Shown here: one piece after another, positions 37,081 through 49,660 of the stretch
How positions within the stretch are numbered: position 1 is the first letter of the stretch
Layout of the letters: each line of letters opens with the position of its first letter
Assembly (NCBI RefSeq): GCF_001194135.2
Contig: NC_068995.1
Span: forward strand, 266,872-317,337
DNA from: Octopus bimaculoides
Taxonomy: Eukaryota
Length of the DNA stretch: 50,466 nucleotides
Reading direction: 5' to 3'
The notes under the pieces: generated by a model
Seen by the model: the letters and a program-made list of their open reading frames with translations, nothing else
Told to the model about the DNA's origin: nothing
Database searches by the model: none
Position numbers and translations under genes: made by a program

Positions 37081-38010
37081 GTCGGGCAATGCGATCGGTG
37101 GAACATCTACTCTCGAGTTCTTTGGAGGGTCAGCGGTGGGAAAGAGCGATGACGCAACCGGAGAGGTGCAAGGCGTCGACGAAGTCGAACTGACCAGTCT
37201 GTACCGAATGACCTACGAGCCGGGGACGATGGATAACTTCCAGAAATCCCTAGCTTGGAAGTGCTATCGGGGGGGGGGGGGGCACTGCCGGTTCGCGATA
37301 AACTCTACAGGCACGGAAGTGCTGTCAGATGTGCGCAAAGTGATGAAACCGTTCTGCACGCACTCGTGCAGTGTCCTTGCATCTCTGACTTGTGGAGTTA
37401 TGCTGAACAGCTGTTACCACGTGTAGGACGGATCCGGCTATCGGCCGAGTCCATAGTGAAGATCGATCTGCCGCCTTCCATCGATCAGAAAGGGCAGGTA
37501 ATTTTCCTGTCCGATAGCAGCAGCGAAAGTGGTTTTATGGTGGACCAGGTTGAAAGGACTGAAGACAGACAGTTTTCACTTCGGCCAATCCTTCATCGAC
37601 TTTTTTCAAATTTCACTTGGAAAGGAAGACGAGTGGGGAGGGAGAGAAGTGCTTCCCCCACCCCCACCCCATTTGCTAAAAGGTGGGTGGATGTAGCGAA
37701 AATGGTCCGTGTGAGTGGACTTGCTCAAATAATGCGCCTGCAGGCTATTGAATGAGAGGGAGAAGGGTATCCTTCCCGGGTGCCCTCGAAGCATCGAGTG
37801 GTTCAGCATTGGGGGGGGGGGTACCTGAGCCAAAGCCCATGTGGTCACCCCCCTCATTGGAGAACTTTCATTGTTATATTCTTCTTCTTTAATGTGTATC
37901 ATTATCATTTTTCTAATTGTTTACTCGTTGTTTTGTGTAAAATAACCACTGTCCACATCAACTTTATTGTCCACTGCATGTTGACCATGGTGGACAATAA
38001 ATGAAATTAT
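37081..38010 (+). mobile_element. Tx1/L1-clade LINE 3' end (piece B): zf-RVT/CCHC region, 3' UTR and AATAAA
   Basis: MDNFQKSLAWKCYRG/ALPVRDKLYRHG..RCAQSDETVLHALVQCP. ORF stop at 37755, AATAAA at 37996-38001, then (TAT)n. Confidence 0.85.
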
Positions 38011-38336
38011 TTATTATTATTAATATTATTATTATTATTATTATTATTCACGTTTGTTGATGCTGCTAATCTCGTTTTGAATATTCCAGGTAATGTTATC
38101 ATCATCATCACTGCGTTTGTCCATTCTGCAGATTTCTTTTTCGTTCTTGTTTTCCTTGTTTTTGTGTTTCCCGCCTCCCCACCGCATGCACCTCACCACC
38201 AAATGGACAAAGTGAATCGTTGTTTTCGTTAAACAGTTCATAGATGGGCGGTTATAAAAAAAGAAGAAACGAAAAGAAAAAAGGTTACATCCGGACAAGA
38301 AGTATTAAAAAGAGGGTTGCAGTAACAAAAGAATGT

Positions 38337-38433
38337 ATTGGTTGCCGGAAGTGACAATAAAGAACTACCGGAAGTGATAATAAAATTGATCGCCCATTCG
38401 TCGGTCGTTCTGATATAACAACAAATATGGCCG
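38337..38433. promoter_or_regulatory. Candidate housekeeping-type promoter motif cluster
   Basis: ATTGG (38337), ETS-type CCGGAAGTG twice (38345, 38368) and YY1-like AATATGGCCG (38424). Motif evidence only. Confidence 0.3.
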
Positions 38434-38947
38434 TCCATTTGCTATTTTTCCTCGCCTTCTTTCTTTCTTTCTTTCTCTAATTACTGCCATCTCTCCTCCG
38501 TTTTCCTTTCGAGCTGTTTTCTTATCCGATGTTCAATCTACTCGTTTTTCTTTCCTCTTCCTTCCTTCTTTCATTCATTCCTTCTTTCCTTCTCTCTTTC
38601 TCGTCATATTTTCAACTTCTGTGACGGATTATTTGTGGTTTGACTTTTTTTCTCATGAATTCACATATTTCTACTTTTACTCCTTTTTCGCTTCCCACTT
38701 TTTCCATTCTCCTCCTCCTCCAACTCCTTCGCTCATATGCGTGTATATATGAGAGCATATACATATATATATATATAAATATATATATATAATATATACA
38801 GGCAAACATACATGCGCATGCATGTATATAAATGTGCATTTACTGTTATGTATATACATATAAGTGTGTGTGTGAACATATAGCTATATTCATACACACA
38901 TAAACATGTGCAAGTATATATTTCATATAGACACACACAATGAACAC

Positions 38948-39000
<53 letters not shown>

Positions 39001-39080
39001 GAACACGCATATATTTATATATATACACACACACAATACAAACGTATGCATACGCACGTATATGTATGCATACATACACA

Positions 39081-39120
<40 letters not shown>

Positions 39121-39418
39121 TCATGCGTGTTCTATTCATATTTAAATTCTTCTGTTTTTCGTTACGCATTTCAACTTTAGCCCTTTTGTGACAGTGTTGA
39201 TTCAATGATCTATATTATACACACTAATGTGGGTGTATACTGTAGATTTATATACACGAGTGGCGCACGTGCTCCATAAGTACTTTAACAGGGGTACATC
39301 CATTTAAAGCGTGATGGGGTGTATATGTCGGGTAACTTAAAAGAACTTACACGCTTAGGTACCCTAAATTTACCTTTCACTGTCCATACACACAAACATA
39401 CATACACACCTGCACCAT

Positions 39419-39467
<49 letters not shown>

Positions 39468-39803
39468 NNNNNNNNNNTATGTATATATATATATATGGAC
39501 ATATCCATACACACATACATATATGTATATACATAGATATGCATATATATATATGTATATATATATGCATATATATATATATGTATATATATATGCATAT
39601 GTAAATGAATATGTATGAATGTATGTGTGTGAGTGCAGGATATATATATACATATGAGTAATTAATTTCGAATAAAAATGGCAATGTCTCTCTATATAGA
39701 CATATGGCCATATACATTCGTCTCAAACTATTTTATAGGTTGAATAGATTTGTTTATACAAGCATCGCAGTTTATTGATGTAAACGAGTGCGTCAGTCCG
39801 AGC

Positions 39804-39875
<72 letters not shown>

Positions 39876-39899
39876 ATAACTGTGTGTGTGTGTGTGTGC

Positions 39900-40112
39900 T
39901 TGTGTCCCTGTTTGTCCCGCCACACAAACCGCTTGACAAAGTGCTGATGTGTTTACGTCCCCGTAACGTAGCGGTTCGGCCAAAAGAGAATGATAGAATA
40001 AGTGTCAGGCATTCGCAAGAAAACTAAGTACAGGGATCGATACAGTTGACTAAAGGTTCTTCAAAGCGGTGCCCCAGAATGGCCGCAGTCTAATAACTGA
40101 AACAAGTTAAAT
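39900..40112 (+). mobile_element. SINE family A tail preceded by a (TA)(CA)(TG) tract
   Basis: cgcttgacaaagtgctgatgtgtttacgtccccgtaacgtagcggttcggcc..aatggccgcagtctaataactgaaacaag. Confidence 0.85.
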
Positions 40113-41787
40113 ATTAGCTTGGTGGTAATATTACGGTAATTTCCACGAGTTGGCGGTCTAATGGCGCAAATCAATTACTCGATCGAAAGCTAGGGTAAAC
40201 CTTATCCAAGTCATTCATCTTCTCAAGGTTCCACGCATTATGTTTCGATTCGAAAGCACAAAATTACGAGTTGAATATCCAAACATGTCTGCACTTCGAT
40301 TAGAAGAATTAGATATTTCGTGAACTTCTAAACGAACGACTGCGAAAACCAGACTTAAGTGTCGACTCACCAGATGCCTATCTTCTGGTTTGTTCAAACC
40401 GTCGGCGCTACGAAACTAAATACTTCCATGTCTCAGCAATTTCCATTGCGTTTATTAGTTGAGAGGAAATGTTGTGAGATGGATAAGGAGTGACTGGTAT
40501 GGTTGTTGTATGACGGGTGGCTAGGTGGGCCTTCAAATAGTGGGTAAGCCATTTTAGGGTGGCTGATCGAGTTTTATCTGATTAGATAATGAAGGCTGGT
40601 TTATCAAACTGATCGACCAGCAGTTTTTTTTTTTCTTTTTTTTTTTTTAGGTCAGAAGGGTTGGTTGATTTGTATGTTAGAATATATCCAAGGAGATAAT
40701 TTGATGGGTAGATCAGTTGATGGTCAATTAAGTGAATGGGTAGATAAGTGGATCTTTCGTTCATCCTGCGTCATTAACAACTAGACAAACAATCTACCCA
40801 CACACCCGTTATCTAACCAAACATCCTAACGACTCCAGTACCCGCCGACCGCCCTTTCACCCACCGAACTATTTACATACCCCTAAATACATATGCACTT
40901 CCCTCCCTACCCCTCTCCACCTTATTATGGCTCAACTTAACGAGATCAATTTTGGAGAATGCGAGACTGCAAAAGGGGAAGATTGGGTTAAATAGCCGAC
41001 AAGATGTGAGGATCAGGTTGTAATATGTTTGTGGTTTGTACGGTGTGTTAAGGTGGCGGTGGGAGTCGTGGCGGTACAGGTCATACATGTGTGCGTGTGA
41101 ATGTGTATGCTTGTACGCATGAATAGATGCATATATACACACACACACACAGACGTGCACACATGCACACACATATGTAGATAGATAGATAGATAGACAG
41201 ATAGATAGATGAGCGAGCAAGGGCGAGGGGGAATGGGAGGATGTCTCCTGATGGCCAGATAAAATCCATTCGATAAACTTATGTCTGTGTAATGGTGTCA
41301 CATGATTAATGGACGTCTTTAGATCAGATTTTCTCTTTTTGCAAAGTCTTCCATTACTTGAAGCCCAGAAATTTGTTACTGAAATGGAAGATGGAGTTAC
41401 AGTTAGAGGAAGATAACAAGAGATCTGTAAGGAGAGACTGTAGTAGGTGTAGTTTGAAAGAAATGGCTGACACTGCTTATCGGAAAAAAAGAAGAAAAAA
41501 AAAGGCAGAGGCGGGATATACATCAGTGTGTATGTGTATGGCTCTAGCAAAGCAACAGTTACCCAAGAGCCGGAAGTTTCGTACACAGACACACACATAT
41601 ATATATTTGTGTGTGTATATATATATATATATGTAACCAAATAATCCTTTAGGATACTATTCTAACGTAATTCTTCATTTTGGAAGCATTTTGTGCTATT
41701 GTTTTTTTTTTTTTAGAAACGGAGAAATTTGTTCCCTCAATTTCTGGCAACTCGTTTTCTCTTTCAAGTGTTGGCTCGAAACGATGT

Positions 41788-41884
41788 GATGCTAAAAGGC
41801 AGCTGCCCAACATCCCATGAAGCAGAATCGAACCCATGATTCCATGACTGTGAAGCAAACTTCTTAACTGTACCACTACGCTCC
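41788..41884 (-). mobile_element. SINE family A, degenerate head
   Basis: Reverse complement gtagtggtacagttaagaagtttgcttc..gggttcgattctgc..gttgggcagctg. Confidence 0.55.
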
Positions 41885-42641
41885 AACAACCCCTAACCCC
41901 TATCACACACACACACACACACACACACACATCCACATACAGAACCGCAACCACCAAAACCCTTTTGCCGAGACCCCACCAAGGCATATCTTTTGCACAA
42001 CAGAAACCACAACCCTTTCCCTTTGGACCCTAATCTTACAACCCCCAAATCCCCCACCACCCCATCACTTTTATTTTTTTCATCTTTATCTTTTATGGAT
42101 TAAATGAGAGTTAGGGGTTAGACCCATGGTTGTGGTTACGTTTAGGGGTCGTGGTTAAGAGTTTAGGGTTCAAAATGAAGACTGTTGACTCGATTTTGTC
42201 TGTATTGATTATTATTATTATGAAATATTAGTTCATTAATTGAAAAGAATAAATAAGCAGATTGTTAATTGGAGGCAGCCACGTGACCAATGAGCAAATG
42301 GTTAATTAACTCGTGCTGATTGGTTGAAATATAACACTAATGATGTACACTAATAATAAAATGAACTCATTGTGTTGATAGTAACGTTCCGTGCTATCGT
42401 AACTCAGACCTCGTCCTTTGTTGACCCCTAACCTGCGCTTGCGCGCGCGCGCACGAACTCACACACACACGCACAAACCGTCCGACATCGCATACATAGC
42501 TTGCGCCATACATACAAACACACACTACGCGCACAATCAAGAACAGCAACACGTACAATCGAAACATATTTACAGATATGTATATGTGAGTGCTTATACA
42601 TATATGCATACATACATGTATGTATGTATATAAGCATGGAT

Positions 42642-42682
<41 letters not shown>

Positions 42683-42951
42683 TATATCCCCGTTACGTGC
42701 AACGTTAGCCGCAATACTAGGCTAACCGCGAAAACTTAACCACAAACACAGGAACAACTAAACAACAACAAAGACGACCACAACAACAACAACAACAACA
42801 ACAAGGGACCTACCAAGAAAGCAGCCGTGTGTTCCTTAAACAGATGGAGCCACTGTATATGAGGACAACGTCGTCTGTGGGTGGCAACCACCCCAGACAT
42901 CTGACCAACAATGTACCATCGGTCTGTTTGTTCAGCGCCGGGAGGATATCT

Positions 42952-42982
<31 letters not shown>

Positions 42983-43031
42983 GCAACAACAACGTACAGC
43001 AGAATCAACGAAACTGCAGCTACTTGATCAA

Positions 43032-43435
43032 TTGACCTGCTAACAATAGTAGCTAAATCTCCCTAAAATTAGGCTGTATGTCTAACAAAATGAAAGGTTA
43101 TTAGATATGTGTTCTGTCTTAGACTGTCTGAAATATAAAATATATCAAAGAAGGATGGTCACGGCTGGAATGCCATTGATTATTGGTCTTCTCGATCAAA
43201 GTTGCTTTGAGTTTAAACAATAACAAAACAGGTCTCTCTCTGTGGTGAATGAAAATGTTAGAAACAGCAGCCAACTGACCCTCAATACGCAGGTTACCCT
43301 CTTAAATAAGAAAAGAATGCATCAACTAATGTTCTCCCACATAACACTAAGACAGGATGGTCATGGCTGGTGGAATTTAGATCCTAAGTCTATCTGATCG
43401 ATCAGAGTTGTCCTGGGGTTGAACAATAACAAAAC
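43032..43435 (+). mobile_element. Two head-to-tail copies of repeat family C
   Basis: Cores at 43032-43064 and 43258-43275. Each is followed by aggatggtca(c/t)ggctgg..cgatca and ends aacaataacaaaac. Confidence 0.65.
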
Positions 43436-44297
43436 ACCGTTGTTACCGTCACCACTGGCGACATCTTGGAACGCCGCCACCGCCACCATCACGTATCCTC
43501 CCACCCCCGACAATGACAACCACTGCACCAGCCATCGCCCAAACCACCAAACAATACTGCTACCACTTCAACACTACAACCGTTACTACTTCAACGATAA
43601 ACATCTCTACCTCCCTCCCCACCCACACCATGGCCACGATTACCAAATACTACAAGCATCGCCACCACCACCACCACCACCACCACAACAACAACAACAC
43701 GGCCACCAACGCCGCCGTCCCTTAAGTACGGCAATAACCCTTACAAATTGCAACGATTGGCTTGCGAAGTTAACATGTCGAGTGGAGATGACACGTGATC
43801 TGTATGGCGGCTTTGGATAGCACACGTGACCTCTGTTAGTATTTGAGGTAATTAGGAGAGAAAGAGGGGAGGGGAGAGGGTAAAGTGAATAGAGCATGTG
43901 AAGAAGTGGCNNNNNNNNNNNNNNNNNNNNNNNNNNNNNNNNNNNNNNNNNNNNNNNNNNNNNNNNNNNNNNNNNNNNNNNNNNNNNNNNNNNNNNNNNN
44001 NNNNNNNNNNNNNNNNNNNNNNNNNNNNNNNNNNNNNNNNNNNNNNNNNNNNNNNNNNNNNNNNNNNNNNNNNNNNNNNNNNNNNNNNNNNNNNNNNNNN
44101 NNNNNNNNNNNNNNNNNNNNNNNNNNNNNNNNNNNNNNNNNNNNNNNNNNNNNNNNNNNNNNNNNNNNNNNNNNNNNNNNNNNNNNNNNNNNNNNNNNNN
44201 NNNNNNNNNNNNNNNNNNNNNNNNNNNNNAACTGCTAAATTACAGACAAAGAAAAACCAAAACCGGGTGGCGGGAAAACACACACACACACACACCC

Positions 44298-44802
44298 TTA
44301 TTGCAGCCACCATTTGTTCCATGTACTTCTCAAGATTTTTATTCACTGTTCCCAGGGCTCCGACAATTATTGGTATTACCACCACCTTTTTCAGTGACTA
44401 CAACTGCTTCACCTCCCAAGCTAACCTGTCATATCTATCGACTTTTCTTTCTTCCTTTTCGCATACCTTGTTGTCAGTTGGGCATGCTATATCTATGATC
44501 CAGCATCATTTGCTTTGTTTCTCAATTAACACTATGTCTGGTTTCCTATTCTCTATCTCATGGTCACACTGAATCATAAAATCTCTTAAGAGCTTTGCAT
44601 TATCATTTTCGATGATACCTTCAGGTTTATGTTCGTACCACTTATTTGCTCTGTCAAGTCCATACTTGTTGCAAAGTGTCCAATGGACAATCCTTGCTAT
44701 ATTATCATGACGGCTCTCATATTCTTTCTGAGCTTGTGGCATACATTGACTGGTAATAGGCCATACGGTTTCACCATTTTGTCCACAAATTCTGTACTCA
44801 TC

Positions 44803-44805
<3 letters not shown>
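44298..44805 (-). mobile_element. R4/Dong-clade LINE, CCHC knuckle and restriction-like endonuclease fragment
   Basis: YRICGQNGETVWPITSQC, QKEYESRHDNIARIVHW, WYEHKPEG, RKPDIVLIEK, IDIACP and VVIPIIVGALGTV. Bounded by (CA)n and (TA)n. Confidence 0.9.
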
Positions 44806-44852
<47 letters not shown>

Positions 44853-44954
44853 NNNNNNNNNNNNNNNNNNNNNNNNNNNNNNNNNNNNNNNNNNNNNNNN
44901 NNNNNNNNNNNNNNNNNNNNNNNNNNNNNNNNNNNNNNNNNNNNNNNNNNNNNN

Positions 44955-45025
<71 letters not shown>

Positions 45026-45455
45026 TGTACGCGCGTGTATGTATCAATTACTACTGCTGGACTTTTAATGTCTCCTACATTAAGTATACTAACTTATTGA
45101 ATCTAACTCAACTATTGTTTCTCGTGAAGATGGCGTCACTGAGTTTTCCTTTATTACGACAGTATTGTATGTAAGAGACATTTAAATGTTTACTTCCGGT
45201 TGTTTAGATGACTGATCACCGTTTACCTTCTAATTGCAACTTCTTTCCTTTGATCTTTTTCTTCTTTTCTTTCTTTCCATCCTTCATTCCTTCCTTTTTG
45301 TTTCTTTTCTTTTCTCCATTCATTCTATGTTTCTTTCATTTTCCTCAGTTTTTGTTTCAGTTTTTTTTTTTGTCTCTTTCCGTCGTTCTTCCTTCTCTGC
45401 TTTCTTGGTTGTCTTTTCATTTTTTTAAGTTTTCCTTCTTTCTTTAGTTGTAATA

Positions 45456-45501
<46 letters not shown>

Positions 45502-46499
45502 TGTGCATATATATTTGTGTGTTTGTGTGTATGCATTGATTGATTGTTGTAGCTGTTATTATTGTTGTTGCCTATAATTCTTTTCCGACGATGATGATGA
45601 CAGAAAGAAAGACAAAGAAAGAAAGCAAGAAAGAAGTGTTTTGTTGTCCAATACCGACANNNNNNNNNNNNNNNNNNNNNNNNNNNNNNNNNNNNNNNNN
45701 NNNNNNNNNNNNNNNNNNNNNNNNNNNNNNNNNNNNNNNNNNNNNNNNNNNNNNNNNNNNNNNNNNNNNNNNNNNNNNNNNNNNNNNNNNNNNNNNNNNN
45801 NNNNNNNNNCCTTTCCTTTACCCTTGATTTGTGCCGGAAGGACCTTACACATGAAATAAGGGTACCGTTTTATAATTCCCGTTTTTAAAATTTATTCTTT
45901 ATATTTATTTCTTTTTTCCATCCAATGATTATAACAGTTCAGAGAGTAAGGAGGCTCCACCTATCGGTGCTCATAATTGGTTGGTGAAGTGTAAAACTCT
46001 TCCTCTTGCTTTCATTCCCATCAACCGACCGGTTTTTACTTATTGCCTTCAGTTACGATCTGCGCTGTTCTTGTTGTTATTGTTATCATTGTCGTAGTTT
46101 GCCCCACCCCCACCTCACTCCATCACCAGCTTCCTTTCAGCCCTGATCCAATAAGACTAATGATCAAAGGCGTTACAGCTTTGACCATCCCGTCTTTTTG
46201 CCTTCTCAGATGTAGCATAAGTACCACCACATCATTCACAATCATAGCTTTTCTTTTTAAGAGTCTAGTACGCCCGATTTGAGTGATATTTGTTTGATAT
46301 CTCTAGCAAGTCAGGCGACCATGTACAGGCGTCTTCGTCGGTTCGCTATGATTATTGTTTATTACCTTGGTCGTAACTAAAGTCGTAGCTATGATTTTTG
46401 TTACGAGCCATGTTGATAATAGCTTTAGTTATAGTTGCAGTCATAACTACTTTTATGACTTTAGAATTAATTCGTGGCTAGCGAGAGAGTAAGAGAGAT

Positions 46500-46650
46500 G
46501 CACTGCCAATCGACTGATGCTCGTTTTCAGCTGAGAAGGATTGAACAACGTGAAATGAAATGTCTTGCTGAAGAACACAACGCATCACTCGAACCATGAA
46601 TTGAACCCAAGACAATGTAATCATGAGCCAAACACTCTAGCCATTATGGC
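46500..46650 (-). mobile_element. tRNA-derived SINE head, family D
   Basis: Reverse complement tggctagagtg (A box), gggttcaattc (B box) and gttgtgttcttcagcaagacattt (CORE/V-like). Confidence 0.55.
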
Positions 46651-47770
46651 ATAATATAAATATTATTTTAATCAATGGTATTTATTATAATCCACTGACA
46701 GATAGCATCACTAATAACAATTGAAAAATAATCTGTTTCCTTCTCCCCTGAACGTCGGCTTTATTGGAACAGATTGTCTTTAGTAGACGAAAACATAGGA
46801 AGCATCGTATATATCATGGGGTGTGGACGATAAAGAAAAATCGTTGTAATGAATCTACTCCAGAATATTTTGAGCGTGTGCATTCAGAAAAAAAGACTGC
46901 GATCGAGAGAAAAAGTTTAAAATGGAATAATATCCCCATCATGGGAATTTAAACTCTAAATTTTATTCCCTCTACACAAGTTTAAGCACATAAACGCATA
47001 GATTCCATAATCCTCATATCAACTGATGTCAGTCGGCGTTTAGAACTTTGAAACAAAGCTATAGAGCTGATAGCGGTAATTTTAACAACAAATTACAAGG
47101 TAGAGTCATGTAAGCTAATCAAGTATTACCTGACGAACCATGTGATGGTGAAACTATACGTTTATCACAAATGTGAATATATGTATTTTATCCAGCTCTT
47201 AGTAAGCGCGCGCGCACGCACAGACTGAGGCATATATATATATGGTGGGGAGGCGGTATATGAGTGTATGTTTAGTGCACGTGTTATTACTACTACATCT
47301 ATTGTTAGGGGACATGATGTGTGTAAGGAGCTGACGGGCAGCTAAGAGCCTTTTGTGTTGGGCTGTGCAGGAAAAATAGTTTCATGGTGCGTAATTGGTG
47401 GAGAGTGTAGGTGACGGTGAGAGGTATTTGATGTGAATGTGTGTGTAGGGAGGAGGGTATGGTTCAATGGGGGGGACGAACGTGTGTGTGTGTGTGTGTG
47501 TGAGTGTGTATGTGCGTTTGTGTATATGTGCGCATATGTTACCTCCGTATTTTGCTTATATGTATGTGCGTGTATGAGTTTGCCTTTGTGTTTGTATGCG
47601 GTTCTATGTGTGTGTATGTGGATGCATGTATGTGTTAAGTGAATGTATTTGTTTCTGTACGTTCTTGATTGTGCGTGTGTGTGTGTGTGTGCATCTTGGT
47701 ATTTCTCTATGTGGGTGCATTGGTTCTTTGCTCTGTGTTTAATTCAACTTGTGTGTGCATGCGCATGTCT

Positions 47771-47801
<31 letters not shown>

Positions 47802-48584
47802 CATCTAATTTTGTTGAGCCTGCCATTGTTTTGCGTCTGTTTCCTCCTCGTTGTATTGATGCAGTTGTAAGGACGATGATGGCAGTGGTGGTGGTGGTGG
47901 TGGTGGTGACGGTGGTGGTGGGGGATGACTATGATGGTAGTAGCGTTGCTCTTGGTGTGGTGTGTGATGGGGGACAGGGTAATAGTGGTGGTAGTGGTGT
48001 TGGCGCTGCTGGTATGGTTGTATAAGCGGTAGTGTTGGTGGTGCTAATAGTAATGATGATGATGAGGAGGAGGAGGAGGATGATGACGGGGGTGGTGGTA
48101 GTATTGTAGTTGCTGTTGTAGTATGGTGGTAATAATTGCTGCAGTCTTGTTCTTGTTCTTGTTATTGGTGATGGCAGCGGTGCTAGTGTAGATGATCACA
48201 GGCGTTCCACCCATGACCATGGCGTTTAATTATCTATCTTTGAATACATTAATAATTTTATCCTTATTCAAGACGAAAGTACTCTGTGCTTTGAGGGAGA
48301 ATTGGCTGCTATCACGTGCAGTTCGAACCATCACTGATATTCAGGGATAGTGGCGGTGGTGGTGGTGGTGGTGGTGTTAATAGTGGTCGGGGTAAAGTTT
48401 GAGGGCTGGTGCCAAGTTAAAGAACACATTATTGGTAACGGAACTATGAAGGAGGTAAAGAAATAAAAGAAGAACGAGTAGGGGGTGGAACATTAAACTG
48501 ATTAACCAGTGACATCACAGCATGTGGGGTGGATTGTGGGTGGAGGTGGAGGGGTATGTGTGAGTAAACGGATAGAATAGTATA

Positions 48585-48616
<32 letters not shown>

Positions 48617-48916
48617 GATATATATATATAGATATATATATATAGATATATATATATAGATATATATATAGATATATATATATAGATACATACATACACG
48701 TAGACACAAATGAATGTGTGTGTATAAGCATTTATGTACACACACACAGACATACAAATGTGTGTGTGTGTGTGTGTGTATCTGTCTATACCTATATATA
48801 TATAGGGATAGATAGATAGATGTATACATACATGTGGGTGTGTGAATACGAGAGCGTGTACGTATTTGTGTTCGTCAATGTATATGCAAGGTATGTATGT
48901 ATGTATGTAAACAGAC

Positions 48917-48947
<31 letters not shown>

Positions 48948-49022
48948 TGTTTAGTTGTGTCCCGTTGAAGAGTCCTTAACGAAGCAATGCGGTCAGCGAC
49001 ACGTGCAGCGGGAACAGACAAT

Positions 49023-49057
<35 letters not shown>

Positions 49058-49329
49058 GCACAGAGCGAAGACTTAATGAAACTGTTGAAGGGGGCGAAGG
49101 AAGGGCCGGGTGTGCTGGTCGTATTGTGGGTATGACGGGTGGATTGTCGGTGGTATGTATGGGTGGTTGAGGGTAGAGGAGAGAAAGGGGGAAGAAGTTA
49201 AGTAAGGATGATTGGCGGTGGCGGTGTGTATGGGGGTGGTGGGGAATGGAAACAAGAAGGAAGAGGAGATCGTTTGAAAGAAAAGAAATCATAAACGGTA
49301 GACACATACATAGTAAAACGTCAATGCAA

Positions 49330-49367
<38 letters not shown>

Positions 49368-49499
49368 ATTCACACTATCACACCACCGCATGTATCCTAT
49401 GTGTGTTTGTGTTTGTGTATGTGTATGTGTATACACACATAAGTACATGTATACTTCTTATTCTCATTATAATCAGTAATATGATCACATTACTATTTG

Positions 49500-49660
49500 A
49501 TTCCTTGTTGCCACGATTGGTAAAGAAACGAACTTCATATCTTGTGGTGTATAATTTCGTCTCCTTAGCTCTGATTTCAAATCCCGCCGATCTCGGCTTT
49601 ATCCTGTATCCTTTTCGATTCGTTAAACTCACGTACCAGTCAACAATTGGGGTCGATATA
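49500..49660 (+). mobile_element. SINE family B, degenerate copy
   Basis: ctctgatttcaaatcccgccgatctcggcttt..tccttttcga..gtaccagtcaacaattggggtcgat. Confidence 0.6.

Noticed and set aside
40372-40408. Minus-strand 37-nt candidate exon (ADGLNKPEDRHL) with a CTG|GTGAGT donor
   Set aside because: The acceptor is weak, I recognise no homology and no partner exon was found.
40873-41640. Longest gap-free ORF (255 aa, minus strand)
   Set aside because: It is built from TA/CA/GATA microsatellites and poly-T, with no domain signature.
41887-42435. TTAGGG/CCCTAA-like words as an interstitial telomere
   Set aside because: The words are scattered and degenerate (mostly TTAGGGG), never a tandem array.
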